A program made the translations under genes and the position numbers. DNA of 64,000 nt from an uncultured bacterium (GTDB lineage: Bacteria; Desulfobacterota; Deferrimicrobia; Deferrimicrobiales; Deferrimicrobiaceae): contig CAVXQW010000007.1 of NCBI GenBank assembly GCA_963764045.1, forward strand, positions 173,630 to 237,629. The letters are read 5' to 3'. Positions 20,005 through 30,155 of this stretch are shown here, in pieces; within the stretch, counting starts at the first letter, position 1, and each line of letters opens with the position of its first letter. Under the pieces are notes generated by a model that saw nothing but the letters and a program-made list of their open reading frames with translations, was not told the origin of the DNA and searched no databases.

Positions 20005-21627
20005 TCAGCCCGCGCAGGCGATCTGCTGGAAGAAGTCGTTCCCCTTGTCGTCCACGAGGATGAACGCCGGGAAGTCCTCGACCTCGATCTTCCAGATCGC
20101 CTCCATCCCCAGCTCGGGGTATTCGAGCACCTCGACCTTCCGGATGTTCTCCTGCGCGAGCAGCGCCGCCGGGCCGCCGATCGAACCGAGGTAGAAGCCG
20201 CCGTGCTTCTTGCACGCGTCGGTCACCGCCTTGCTCCGGTTCCCCTTCGCGATCATGACGAGCGACCCCCCGTGGGACTGGAGCAGGTCGACGTAGGAGT
20301 CCATCCTTCCGGCGGTGGTGGGGCCGAAGGAGCCGGACGGCATCCCCTTCGGGGTCTTGGCGGGGCCGGCGTAGTAGATCGGGTGGTCCTTCACGTACTG
20401 CGGCAGCCCCTTCCCCTGGTCGATCCGCTCCTTCAGCTTCGCGTGGGCGATGTCGCGGCCGACGATGATCGTCCCGGTGAGGGAGAGCTGCGTGGTGACC
20501 GGGTACTTCGACAGCTCCGCGAGGATCTCCTTCATCGGCCGGTTCAGGTTCACCTTCACGACGCCGTGCTCGTGCTTCCCGCGGTACTTCGCCGGGATCA
20601 GCCGGCCCGGGTTCCGGTCGAGCTCCTCGAGCCAGATCCCGTCCTTGTTGATCTTCGCCTTCACGTTCCGGTCCGCCGAGCAGGAGACGCCCATCGCGAC
20701 CGGGCACGAGGCGCCGTGCCTGGGCAGGCGGACGACCCGGACATCGTGCGCGAAATGCTTCCCGCCGAACTGCGCCCCGTAGCCGGACTTCCGCGCGGCG
20801 GCAAGGAGTTTCCCCTCCATCTCGAGATCGCGGAACGCCTGGCCTCCCTGGTTCCCCTTCGTCGGAAGGAGATCGAGGTAGCCGGTGGAGGCGAGCTTGA
20901 CGGTTTTCAGGGCCGCCTCGGCCGACGTCCCGCCGACGACGAACGCGAGGTGGTACGGCGGGCACGCCGCGGTACCGAGCGTCTTCATCTTCTCGACGAG
21001 GAACTTCTCGAGCGAGGCGGGATTCAGCAGCGCCTTCGTCTCCTGGAAGAGGTACGTCTTGTTCGCGGACCCGCCTCCCTTGGCGACGAACAGGAACTTG
21101 TATTCCATCCCTTCCGTTGCGTAGAGGTCGATCTGGGCGGGGAGGTTCGTCCCCGAGTTGATCTCCTCGTACATGTCGAGGGGGATCGTCTGGGAGTACC
21201 GGAGGTTCTCCTCCGTGTACGTCTTGTGGACGCCCTTGGAGAGGTACTCCTCGTCGCGGGCGCCGGTCCACACCTGCTGCCCCTTCTTCCCGACGATCGT
21301 CGCGGTCCCCGTGTCCTGGCAGAACGGGAGGACGAAGTTCGCGGCCACCTCGGCGTTGCGCAGCAACGCGACCGCCACCCCGCGGTCGTTGGGGGACGCC
21401 TCGGGGTCGGACAGGATCGCGGCGACCTTCTCGTTGTGGGCGGGGCGCAGGAGGAAGGAGACGTCGCGCATCGCCTGGTTCGCCAGGAACGCGAGCCCCT
21501 CCGGGTCGACCTTCAGCATCTCCTTCCCGTCGAACGTCCCGACCGATACGTGCTCTTTCGTCAGGAGGCGATACTTGGCGTCGTCCTTCCCCAGCGGAAA
21601 CGGGTCCTGGTACGAAAATTCCGGCAT
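20005..21627 (-). CDS. fumA: Class I (Fe-S) fumarate hydratase
   Basis: [39 protein letters not shown]. Confidence 0.95.
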   Translation of the reverse strand: MPEFSYQDPFPLGKDDAKYRLLTKEHVSVGTFDGKEMLKVDPEGLAFLANQAMRDVSFLLRPAHNEKVAAILSDPEASPNDRGVAVALLRNAEVAANFVLPFCQDTGTATIVGKKGQQVWTGARDEEYLSKGVHKTYTEENLRYSQTIPLDMYEEINSGTNLPAQIDLYATEGMEYKFLFVAKGGGSANKTYLFQETKALLNPASLEKFLVEKMKTLGTAACPPYHLAFVVGGTSAEAALKTVKLASTGYLDLLPTKGNQGGQAFRDLEMEGKLLAAARKSGYGAQFGGKHFAHDVRVVRLPRHGASCPVAMGVSCSADRNVKAKINKDGIWLEELDRNPGRLIPAKYRGKHEHGVVKVNLNRPMKEILAELSKYPVTTQLSLTGTIIVGRDIAHAKLKERIDQGKGLPQYVKDHPIYYAGPAKTPKGMPSGSFGPTTAGRMDSYVDLLQSHGGSLVMIAKGNRSKAVTDACKKHGGFYLGSIGGPAALLAQENIRKVEVLEYPELGMEAIWKIEVEDFPAFILVDDKGNDFFQQIACAG

Positions 21628-21794
21628 CGGGCGGCTCCTTCCGAGGATGGGATGAAGGGGGCGGAAAATATCCAGAAGATAGTCCCCCGAGGGCGAAACG
21701 TCAAGGAGGGAGAGGGATCGTCAGCCCGGCGGCGGGTGGACGGTCCGGGAGGAGGGAGGTTGCCCGACGGGCGCCGCGGTGGGAAGATGACGCG

Positions 21795-22070
21795 ATGGTC
21801 GGTGGAAACGGCAGGAAAACATGGTGGGTGTATATGATCTCCTGCCGGGGGGGGAGGATCTACACGGGAACCGCGATCGACCCCGAGGCGAGGTACAAGG
21901 CGCACCGCGCCGGAAAAGGGGCGGCGTTCACCCGGGCGAATCCGCCGGTGGCGCTGCTCCGGTCCGTCGCCTTCGAAAACCGGTCGGAAGCGTGCCGGGC
22001 GGAGGCGGCGCTCAAAAAATTGTCCCGGGAAGAGAAACTGGCCTGGGCCGGCAGCACACGGGTCTTGTAA
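21795..22070 (+). CDS. Stand-alone GIY-YIG nuclease family protein (UPF0213/YhbQ-like)
   Basis: WVYMISC..GRIYTGTA...RYKAH..GKGAAFTR...EAALKKL. Confidence 0.82.
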   Translation: MVGGNGRKTWWVYMISCRGGRIYTGTAIDPEARYKAHRAGKGAAFTRANPPVALLRSVAFENRSEACRAEAALKKLSREEKLAWAGSTRVL

Positions 22071-22124
22071 TAATATATCATTCAAAATTGGTTAGTTGAA
22101 TCACAACATGTAAAGTGGAGGAAC

Positions 22125-23645
22125 ATGATGATGCGAGGACAGCGGGTCAAGAACAAGGCGCTGCGGGAAAAGATCACCTACGCCACGGACGCGGCGGAGC
22201 TGATCAAGAACGGTTACAGGGTCGGCATGAGCGGCTTCACGGGCTCGGGGTACCCGAAGCTCGTCCCCCAGGCGCTCGCCGAGCACATCCTGCGGGAGCA
22301 CAGCAAGGGGGGGAAGTTCCGCATTTCCGTCATGACCGGAGCCTCCACCAGCAGCGAGCTCGACGGGGTGCTGGCGATGGTGGACGGGATCGAGCTGCGG
22401 ATGCCGTACAACTCCGACCCGATCGCGCGGGAGAAGATCAATTACGGGAAGATGGAGTACTTCGACTTCCACCTCGGGGCGGTCGCGCAGTACGTCCAGT
22501 GCGGCTTTTTCGGCGACATCGACCTGGCCATCATCGAGGTCGCCGGGATCACCGCGGACGGGAAGCTGATCCCCTCCACCTCCGTGGGGAACAACCAGGT
22601 CTTCATCGACGCCGCGCGGGAAGTCATCCTCGAGGTGAACAACTACCATCCGATCGAGCTCGAGGGGATGCACGACATCTACGAACCCGGGCTGCCGCCC
22701 AACGTGAAGCCCATCATGATCCTCACGCCGTCCGACCGGATCGGCACGCCGTACCTGACCTGTCCGGCGGAGAAGATCAAGGCGATCGTCGAGACGAACC
22801 AACCCGACCGGACGAACGTCTTCAAGGAGCCGGACCGCGACAGCAAGGCGATCTCGGAGCACATCCTGGACTTCCTGCGCCACGAGGTGGCCAAGGGGCG
22901 GATCCCGAAGAACCTGCTGCCGCTGCAGTCGGGCGTGGGGAACGTCGCGAACGCGGTCCTGTACGGGCTGCTCGACTCCGAGTTCGAGCACATGACCGTC
23001 TACACCGAGGTCATCCAGGACGGGATGCTGGCCCTCATCGACGCGGGGAAGGTCGACTTCGCCTCCTCCACGGCCTTCTCCGTCTCCCCGGAAATGATCG
23101 AGAAGTTCAACAAGAACATCGGGGCCTACAAGGACAAGATCCTCCTGCGGGCCCAGTCCATCAGCAACCACGTGGGAGTCATCAAGCGGCTGGGCGTGAT
23201 CGCGATGAACGGGTGCGTGGAGTTCGACCTGTACGGGAACGTGAACTCCACCCACATCAACGGGACGCGGATCATCAACGGCATCGGCGGCTCCGGCGAC
23301 TTCGCGCGGAACTCCTTCATCTCCATCTTCACCACCTCCTCGGTGGCGGGGAGGAACGGGAGCATCTCCTGCGTCGTGCCGATGGTGTCCCACGTGGACC
23401 ATTGCGAACACGACGTGGACGTGGTCGTCACGGAGCAGGGGCTGGCGGACCTGCGGGGCACCTCGCCCAAGCAGCGCGCCGTCCAGGTCATCGAAAAGTG
23501 CGTCCACCCCGACTACCGGCCGATGCTGAAGGATTACTACCGGCGCGCGCTGGACAGCTCGCCGGGAAAGCACACCCCGCACCTGATCGACGAGGCGTTC
23601 GCGTGGCACCTCCGGTTCCAGCGGACCGGGTCGATGAAAGTGTGA
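22125..23645 (+). CDS. Acetyl-CoA hydrolase/transferase family (succinyl-CoA:acetate CoA-transferase type)
   Basis: SGFTGSGYPK, LQSGVGNVANA, YTEVIQD, EFDLYGNVNSTH, GIGGSGDFARN, VSHVDH. Confidence 0.92.
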   Translation: MMMRGQRVKNKALREKITYATDAAELIKNGYRVGMSGFTGSGYPKLVPQALAEHILREHSKGGKFRISVMTGASTSSELDGVLAMVDGIELRMPYNSDPIAREKINYGKMEYFDFHLGAVAQYVQCGFFGDIDLAIIEVAGITADGKLIPSTSVGNNQVFIDAAREVILEVNNYHPIELEGMHDIYEPGLPPNVKPIMILTPSDRIGTPYLTCPAEKIKAIVETNQPDRTNVFKEPDRDSKAISEHILDFLRHEVAKGRIPKNLLPLQSGVGNVANAVLYGLLDSEFEHMTVYTEVIQDGMLALIDAGKVDFASSTAFSVSPEMIEKFNKNIGAYKDKILLRAQSISNHVGVIKRLGVIAMNGCVEFDLYGNVNSTHINGTRIINGIGGSGDFARNSFISIFTTSSVAGRNGSISCVVPMVSHVDHCEHDVDVVVTEQGLADLRGTSPKQRAVQVIEKCVHPDYRPMLKDYYRRALDSSPGKHTPHLIDEAFAWHLRFQRTGSMKV

Positions 23646-23735
23646 TGCGGCAATAATGCTGTGGGAACGGGACTGTTGCTCCCGGGGATGAAGATGAAGC
23701 GGGTTCCGTGCGTCTATAGTCTATAAGGGGGAAGA

Positions 23736-24413
23736 ATGAGGCTTCCATCCCGGCGGAGGGGGAGTGCGGCCGTTTCGGCACTGATCCTCGTTTCGGTCCT
23801 CCTGACCGCATCGGGCTGCGGGGGGAGGAAGGAGGTCCGTCCGGAGCCCCCGCCGGCGGCCCTCCCGACGGGGCCGAAGGTCGCCGTGGCGCCGATGGAG
23901 AACATGAGCAACGATCTCTCGGCCTCCGACATCATCCGCGACGCGTTCGTGGAGGGGGTGGCCCGGAAGGGGTTCGCGGTGGTGCCGGTGGCCGACAGCG
24001 ACCGGATCCTGCGCGAGACGCTGGGGATCAACTACGGGGGGCAGCTCGAGCTTCCCTCCACCACGCCGGAGGAGGTTTGCAAGGCGTTGGGGGTCGAGGC
24101 GGTCTTCTACGGCGATGTGCTGGAGTGGAACAAGACGACGACGGGAATCTTCAACAGCTCCACCGCCTCGGCGGTGTTCCGGATGTACCGGAAAGACGGA
24201 GTGCTCCAGTGGGAGGGGAACGACCGCCAGGTTCGCCAGGACATCGCTCGCGGGGGACAGAACCTGGGGGCCGAGATCATCGCGGGGGCGTTGGGCAACC
24301 TGTTGCTGAACCCGATGACGCCGCAAGGAAAGCGCGTCGGGTGGAACATCGCAAGGAAACTCCCGGCGGGCGTGCTGGACAATGTCGTCGTGCAGGACAA
24401 TATAGTGAAGTGA
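23736..24413 (+). CDS. DUF799/GNA1162-like lipoprotein
   Basis: Lipobox ASGC; VAVAPMEN, KGFAVVP, LGVEAVFYGDV pattern. Confidence 0.65.
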   Translation: MRLPSRRRGSAAVSALILVSVLLTASGCGGRKEVRPEPPPAALPTGPKVAVAPMENMSNDLSASDIIRDAFVEGVARKGFAVVPVADSDRILRETLGINYGGQLELPSTTPEEVCKALGVEAVFYGDVLEWNKTTTGIFNSSTASAVFRMYRKDGVLQWEGNDRQVRQDIARGGQNLGAEIIAGALGNLLLNPMTPQGKRVGWNIARKLPAGVLDNVVVQDNIVK

Positions 24414-24462
24414 GCTGCCTTGTCCCGAGGGTAGTTGCAACCATATCGAAAGGGGTGGACCG

Positions 24463-25425
24463 ATGAGGAAACGGCTTCTTTTGGGAGGGATCCTGATCCT
24501 GGGCGTCGCGGTCTCCGGGTGCGCGACGGCGCCGCCGTACACGGGACCGTCCACGCGGGAATCCGCGCCCGCCGCGGAGTCCGGTTACCGGCAGCCGGCG
24601 CAGACGGCGCCGATCGTTTCGAAGGGGCCGAAATTGCGGGTTGCCGTCGTCAAGTTCCAGGACAAGAGCCCCTACGGCCGCGGCAAGCTCGGGGCCGTTG
24701 TCCAGGACATCCTCACGACCGAACTCGCGCGCACCGGCCTGTTCATCATGGTGACGCGCCAGGACCTCGACCTGATCCTGGACGAGCAGGACCTGGCGAA
24801 GAGCGGGGTGATCAAGGCGGGGACGGGGCCGAAGTCCGGCGAGGTGCTGGGGGTCAACGCGATCGTGACCGGGATCATTTCCCAGTACGGAGTGAAGCAG
24901 AAATCGGCCACCTATCTCCTGGGGGCGAGCAAGACGCAGACGGCGGAGGCGACCGTGGACGTGCGGGTGGTCGACGCCACCTCCGGCCGGATCATCTACG
25001 CCGAGAGCGGAAACGGCGCCACCGAAACCTCCTCCACGGAGGTCCTCGGGATCGGCGGCCGGACCGGGTACGACGAGACGATCGAGGGGAAGGCGTTGCG
25101 GGCGGCCATCTCCAAATTCATCGACAACCTGATCGGCAAGATGGCGTCGATGGAGTGGACCGGCAAGATCGCCTCGGTGGAGGGGGGCGAGGTCACGGTG
25201 AACGCCGGGAAGAAGACCGGGCTCGTCATCGGCGACCGGCTGCGGGTGTACGGGGAAGGACGCGAGGTGATCGACCCCGACACGAAGGTTTCCCTCGGCC
25301 GCCGGCCCGGCGCCGAGAAGGGCGAAATCCAGATCGTCGACTTCTTCGGCGAGGACGCCGCGATCGGCAAGGTGCTCCAGGGGCGGGGGTTCGCCGTCAA
25401 CGACATCGTCCGGTTCGGGAAATAG
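24463..25425 (+). CDS. CsgG/HfaB-family lipoprotein with C-terminal beta-domain (FlgT-C-like)
   Basis: Lipobox VSGC; RVAVVKF, TELARTGLF, RQDLDLILDEQ, VDVRVVDATSGRII, VTVNAG...GDRLRV. Confidence 0.8.
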   Translation: MRKRLLLGGILILGVAVSGCATAPPYTGPSTRESAPAAESGYRQPAQTAPIVSKGPKLRVAVVKFQDKSPYGRGKLGAVVQDILTTELARTGLFIMVTRQDLDLILDEQDLAKSGVIKAGTGPKSGEVLGVNAIVTGIISQYGVKQKSATYLLGASKTQTAEATVDVRVVDATSGRIIYAESGNGATETSSTEVLGIGGRTGYDETIEGKALRAAISKFIDNLIGKMASMEWTGKIASVEGGEVTVNAGKKTGLVIGDRLRVYGEGREVIDPDTKVSLGRRPGAEKGEIQIVDFFGEDAAIGKVLQGRGFAVNDIVRFGK

Positions 25426-25437
25426 GGGGAGGCGGCC

Positions 25438-25777
25438 ATGGGGAAATCGTCCGTTCGTTCCGTTCCGATCCTGCCGCTCGCCGCGGTGCTGCTGGCCGCC
25501 ATCGTCCTGCTCGGGGGGTGCTACCCGAAGGGCCAGACGTACGGCGTCAGCAACGACGGCGGGCTCGTCTTCAACGTGAACCCGCCGGAGGCCGAGGTGT
25601 TCCTCGACGGCGTGGGGCAGGGGGCCTCTTCGCTGTTCACGCAGGAACGGTACCTGAAGGTGCCCGCGGGGAAGCACCTGCCTGGAGCTGAAGTTCCCGG
25701 GATACGAGACGTACTCGAGGGAGATCTTCGTGTCGAATTCCCTGCTGCGGATCGAGGCGGGGCTGATCAGGCGGTAA
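25438..25777 (+). CDS. Small PEGA-domain lipoprotein (frameshift near 25680)
   Basis: Lipobox LGGC; VNPPEAEVFLDGV; shifted frame KH.LELKFPGYETY...IEAGLIRR*. Confidence 0.7.
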
Positions 25778-25802
25778 ACCGGAAGAGGTGCGATGGGGCG
25801 GG

Positions 25803-27098
25803 CTACTTCCTGCCGCCCCACCAGTTCTTGAGGCGGTCGGCGATCACCTTCTCGTGGCCCGCCTCGGACGGCTCGTAATATTTCCGGCGGCCGAGCGTCT
25901 CGGGGAAGTAGTTCTCGGGGACGAAGCCGTCGGCGAAGTCGTGCGGGTACTTGTACTCCTTCCCGTACCCGAGTTCCTTCATCATCCGCGTGGGGGCGTT
26001 CCGCAGGTGCAGCGGCACCGGGGCGGCCCCCTCCGTCTCCGCGTCCCGCGTTGCCTTCCCCCATGCGATGTAGACCCGGTTGCTCTTCGGGGCGGTCGCG
26101 AGGTACACGGCCGCCTGCGCCAGCGCAAGCTCTCCCTCGGGGGATCCGAGCCGTTCGTACGTTTCCGCGGCCGCGATCGTCAGCTGCAGCGCCCCCGGCG
26201 CGGCGTTGCCGATATCCTCCGAGGCGAACCGGATCATCCTGCGGGCGACGTAGAGCGGGTCCTCTCCCGCGGAGAGCATCCGCGCCAGCCAGTAGAGGGC
26301 GGCGTCCGGGTCCGACCCCCGCAGGCTCTTGTGGAGGGCGGAGATCAGGTTGTAATGCTCCTCCCCGTCCTTGTCGTACAGGAGCGCCTTCTTCCGAAGC
26401 GCCTCCTCCGCCGTCGCCATGTCGACGTTGGAAAGCCGCTTGTGCTCCGCGATGGCGACCGCCGCCTCGAGCGCGTTCAGCGCCACCCGGGCGTCGCCGT
26501 CCGCCACCGCGACGATGTGCCGCAGCGCCTCCGGGGCAAGGAACGTTTCCGGCTTCCCCAACCCCCGGTCCGCGTCGGTCAGCGCCCGCCGGAGGATCGT
26601 CTCGAGGTGGGAAGGGAGCAGGGGGGAAAGGACCAGCACGCGGCTGCGGGAAAGGAGCGCGTTCCGGATCTCGAAGGACGGGTTCTCGGTGGTCGTCCCG
26701 AACAGGGTGACGATGCCTTCCTCGACGGACGGCAGCAGCGCGTCCTGCTGCGCCTTGTTCCACCGGTGGATCTCGTCGATGAAGAGGATGGCGGGGCGCG
26801 ATGCCGCCGGACCGCCGCCGGCGCGCGTGCGCGAAAGATTGGCCAGCGCCTCGCGGATCTCCTTGATCCCCGAAAGGACGGCGGAATAGGGAAGGAAGAC
26901 GGCGTCCGTTTCCGCGGCGAGGATCCGGGCGAGCGTCGTCTTCCCCGACCCCGGCGGTCCCCAGAAGATGAGCGAGGGGAGCGGGCGCGCGGAGAGGATC
27001 GAGGAGAGGAACTTCCCCTCCCCCAGCAGGTCCTCCTGCCCGACGAAGTCGGAGAGGGTGGCCGGGCGCATCCGGTCGGCGAGGGGCGCGATCATCAC
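25803..27098 (-). CDS. rarA: Replication-associated recombination protein A (AAA+)
   Basis: PLADRMRP, GPPGSGKTT, DEIHR, TTENP, ISALHKSLRGSDPD, ASEDIG. Confidence 0.96.
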   Translation of the reverse strand: MMIAPLADRMRPATLSDFVGQEDLLGEGKFLSSILSARPLPSLIFWGPPGSGKTTLARILAAETDAVFLPYSAVLSGIKEIREALANLSRTRAGGGPAASRPAILFIDEIHRWNKAQQDALLPSVEEGIVTLFGTTTENPSFEIRNALLSRSRVLVLSPLLPSHLETILRRALTDADRGLGKPETFLAPEALRHIVAVADGDARVALNALEAAVAIAEHKRLSNVDMATAEEALRKKALLYDKDGEEHYNLISALHKSLRGSDPDAALYWLARMLSAGEDPLYVARRMIRFASEDIGNAAPGALQLTIAAAETYERLGSPEGELALAQAAVYLATAPKSNRVYIAWGKATRDAETEGAAPVPLHLRNAPTRMMKELGYGKEYKYPHDFADGFVPENYFPETLGRRKYYEPSEAGHEKVIADRLKNWWGGRK

Positions 27099-27136
27099 CT
27101 TTCCCTTTTTCTTCCGATATATTATCCTACCACCTG

Positions 27137-27991
27137 ATGAAGTGCGCAGGAATCATCGTCAAGCACACGGACCCTCGGGCCGAATCGATCGTTTCGGATC
27201 TATGCCGGTGGCTGGAGGACCACGGGAAGGGCGTCGTCCTCGACCGGGAGACGGCGGCCCTGATCGGCCGTCCGGATTCCGTCGTCCGCTCGAAAATACC
27301 CGACCTCTGCAACTTCCTGATCGTGATCGGCGGGGACGGCACGCTGCTTTCCGCCGCGCGCGTCGTGGGGACCTCCGGGAAACCGATCCTCGGGGTCAAC
27401 ATGGGGTCGCTGGGCTTCATGACGGCGATCACCCTCGACGAGCTCTACCCCGCGCTGGAGAGGATCTTCCGGTACGACTTCGACTACGAAGAGCGGATGA
27501 TGCTGGTCGCGCACGTCCACCGCCTGGGCGAACGGGTCGCCAACTACACGGTGCTGAACGACGTGGTGATCAACAAGGGGGCGCTCGCCAAGATCATCGA
27601 CATCAAGGTGACGGTGGGCGACATGTACCTCTCCACCTTCAAGGCGGACGGGCTCATCATCTGCACCCCCACCGGCTCCACCGGCTACTCTCTCGCGGCG
27701 CAGGGGCCGATCATCTACCCCACCATGAACACGATCCTCATCACCCCGATCTGCCCCCACACCCTCACCTTTCGCCCCCTGGTCGTGCCCGACGGGCTGG
27801 TCGTCTGCTCGGAACTGATGTCGAAGGAGACCGACGTCTTCCTGACCATCGACGGCCAGGTGGGGTTCGGATTGCGCCAGGGGGACGTGATCGAGGTGAA
27901 GCGCGCCGAGGCGCCGTTGCGGTTTTTCCGCTCGCCCTTCCGGGATTACTTCACCGTCCTGCGCACCAAGCTGAAGTGGGGAGAGCGGTGA
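27137..27991 (+). CDS. nadK: NAD+ kinase
   Basis: GGDGTLL, GVNMGSLGF, LNDVV, TPTGSTGY, IDGQ. Confidence 0.95.
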   Translation: MKCAGIIVKHTDPRAESIVSDLCRWLEDHGKGVVLDRETAALIGRPDSVVRSKIPDLCNFLIVIGGDGTLLSAARVVGTSGKPILGVNMGSLGFMTAITLDELYPALERIFRYDFDYEERMMLVAHVHRLGERVANYTVLNDVVINKGALAKIIDIKVTVGDMYLSTFKADGLIICTPTGSTGYSLAAQGPIIYPTMNTILITPICPHTLTFRPLVVPDGLVVCSELMSKETDVFLTIDGQVGFGLRQGDVIEVKRAEAPLRFFRSPFRDYFTVLRTKLKWGER

Positions 27992-28004
27992 CCGTCCCCC
28001 CGCG

Positions 28005-29684
28005 ATGCTGATCGAGCTCACCGTCCGCAACCTGGCCATCTTCGAGGACGTCCGCGTCCCGTTCTCCGCGGGTCTGAACGTGGTCACGGGGGAGACGGGC
28101 GCGGGGAAGTCCCTCCTGGTCGAGGCGATCCGCCTTGCCCTCGGGGAGAAGGCCGATCCCGTGGCGGTGCGCACCGGGGAGACGGAGGCGGAGGTGACCG
28201 CCCTGTTCGACCTGTCCGGCCGCGACGACCTGCGCGACGCGTGGGAGGAGGCGGGGCTGCCGTGGGAGGAGGAGGTCGTGCTGCGGCGCGTCCTGCCTGC
28301 CGCCGGGCGGAGCCGGGCCTACCTGAACGGGCGTCCCGTGGCCCAGCCCGTGCTTGGGGCGCTCTCCCCCCTTCTCCTCACGATGGTCGGGCAGCACAGC
28401 GTGCCGCAACTTCTGTCCCGCGCCGCGGCGCTGTCGGCCGTCGACGACTTCGCCGGCGCGGGGGCGCTCTCCTCGGAGATGCGGAAACGGTATCGACGCG
28501 TGGCGGCGCTGCGCCGGCAGGCCGCGGAGGCGGCGGACCGCGGGGCCGGCGCCCGGAGCCGGACGGAGACCCTCGACTTCGAGATCGGGGAGCTGTCGAA
28601 GGCGGCGCTTACCCCCGGCGAGGAGGAGGAGCTCGCCGCGGATCTTTCGCTGCTGCGCAACGCGGCGAAGGTTCGCGAGGCGCTCCAGGCGGCGGACGAC
28701 GCGATCGCGTCGTCGGAGAACGCCGCGCTCGTCTCGATGGCGTTCGCCCTCGCGCGCCTGCGGGAGGCGGCCGCGGTCGACCCGCGGCTCGCCGAATCCG
28801 CCGAGCGGCTCCGCTCCGCCCGCGAGGAGATGCAGGATCTCTCCCGGGAGCTCGGATCCCTCGCGGCCCGGGTGACGGAGGATCCGGAGCGCCGCGAGCG
28901 CGTCGAGGAGCGGCTCAGCGCGATCCGGCGCCTCAAACGGAAGTACGGCAAGGAGGTTCCCGAGCTCGTTTCCCACCTCGATTCCCTGAAGTCGGAACGG
29001 GCGTCGCTGGAGGGGGCGCTCGAGGAGGAGGCGCGGCTGCGGAAAGAGCTCCTCGACGAGGAGGAGGGCGCGGTCGTGGCGGCGAAAAAACTCTCCGCGA
29101 CCCGCCGGAAGGCGGCGGCGGCGATGGGACCGGCGGTGGAAAAGGAGCTCGCGCGGGTCGCGCTCGCCGGTGCGCGTTTCCGGGCGGAGGTTTCCTCCCG
29201 CGAGGCGGTCCCCGCGGCGCTTTCGGCGTCGGGGATCGACGAGTCGGAGCTCCTCTTCTCGGCGAACCCGGGGCAGGAGCTTCGACCGCTCGCGCAGACC
29301 GCTTCGGGCGGGGAGCTCTCCCGCGTGATGCTTTGCCTGCGAAACGCCGTCTCCCGGGGGGGCGCGGGAAAGACGCTCGTGTTCGACGAGATCGACACGG
29401 GGATCGGGGGCCAGGTGGCAGAACGCGTGGGGGCGCGGTTGAAAAGCCTCTCCGTCGCCGCGCAGGTCGTCTGCGTCACGCACCTGCCGCAGGTCGCGGC
29501 CTTCGCCGACCACCATCTCCAGGTCGTGAAGAAGGCGGCGGCCGGGACGGTCGCCACCGGCGTGAAATCATTGTCGAAACAGGATAGGATAGGGGAACTC
29601 GCCCGGATGATCTCCGGCGCGGAGATCACGGAGAAAGCGAAAGCGCACGCGAAGACGCTGATCGAGAAGGCGGCGGGGGAATGA
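28005..29684 (+). CDS. recN: DNA repair protein RecN
   Basis: GETGAGKS, coiled coil, ASGGELSR, FDEID, THLPQVA. Confidence 0.95.
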   Translation: MLIELTVRNLAIFEDVRVPFSAGLNVVTGETGAGKSLLVEAIRLALGEKADPVAVRTGETEAEVTALFDLSGRDDLRDAWEEAGLPWEEEVVLRRVLPAAGRSRAYLNGRPVAQPVLGALSPLLLTMVGQHSVPQLLSRAAALSAVDDFAGAGALSSEMRKRYRRVAALRRQAAEAADRGAGARSRTETLDFEIGELSKAALTPGEEEELAADLSLLRNAAKVREALQAADDAIASSENAALVSMAFALARLREAAAVDPRLAESAERLRSAREEMQDLSRELGSLAARVTEDPERRERVEERLSAIRRLKRKYGKEVPELVSHLDSLKSERASLEGALEEEARLRKELLDEEEGAVVAAKKLSATRRKAAAAMGPAVEKELARVALAGARFRAEVSSREAVPAALSASGIDESELLFSANPGQELRPLAQTASGGELSRVMLCLRNAVSRGGAGKTLVFDEIDTGIGGQVAERVGARLKSLSVAAQVVCVTHLPQVAAFADHHLQVVKKAAAGTVATGVKSLSKQDRIGELARMISGAEITEKAKAHAKTLIEKAAGE

Positions 29685-30155
29685 TCCGGAAAGCGAGGAT
29701 GTCGGACGTCAAGGGGATCCACGCAGCTGATTGCCGAATACGCGCGGAAGGGGGACATGCTGCCGCGGCTCCCTGGCCGACATCTACGAAAACTTGCGGG
29801 ATTACTTCGTCTTCCTGAGGAGGACGACGGGGAACTGGTCGGCTCCGCGGCGATCCACATCATGTGGGAGGACCTGGCGGAGGTGCGCTCCCTCGCCGTG
29901 CGCGAAGGGAAGATGCGCCGCGGGGTCGGGACGCAGCTGGTGGAGTCGTGCATCTCCGAGGCGATCATGCTCGGGATCGAACGCGTCTTCGCGCTGACGT
30001 ACAAGCCGGAGTTCTTCGAGAAGCTCGGATTCCACGTCGTGGACAAGGCCGAACTCCCCCAGAAGATCTGGACCGATTGCCTGAAGTGCTCCAAGTTCCC
30101 CGACTGCGACGAGGTGGCGCTGGTCGCCGACTTCTCGGGGAGGCGGCGTGGCTGA
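29681..30155 (+). CDS. argA: Short GNAT-type amino-acid N-acetyltransferase (ArgA-like); apparent frameshifts in the 5' part
   Basis: MIRKA.., IYENLRDYFV, WEDLAEVRSLAV, FALTY, LPQKIWTDCLKCSKFPDCDE. Confidence 0.78.

Noticed and set aside
21795-22070. GIY-YIG nuclease as a mobile element or homing endonuclease
   Set aside because: It is a short stand-alone UPF0213-type domain with no intron, intein, terminal repeats or DNA-binding extension.
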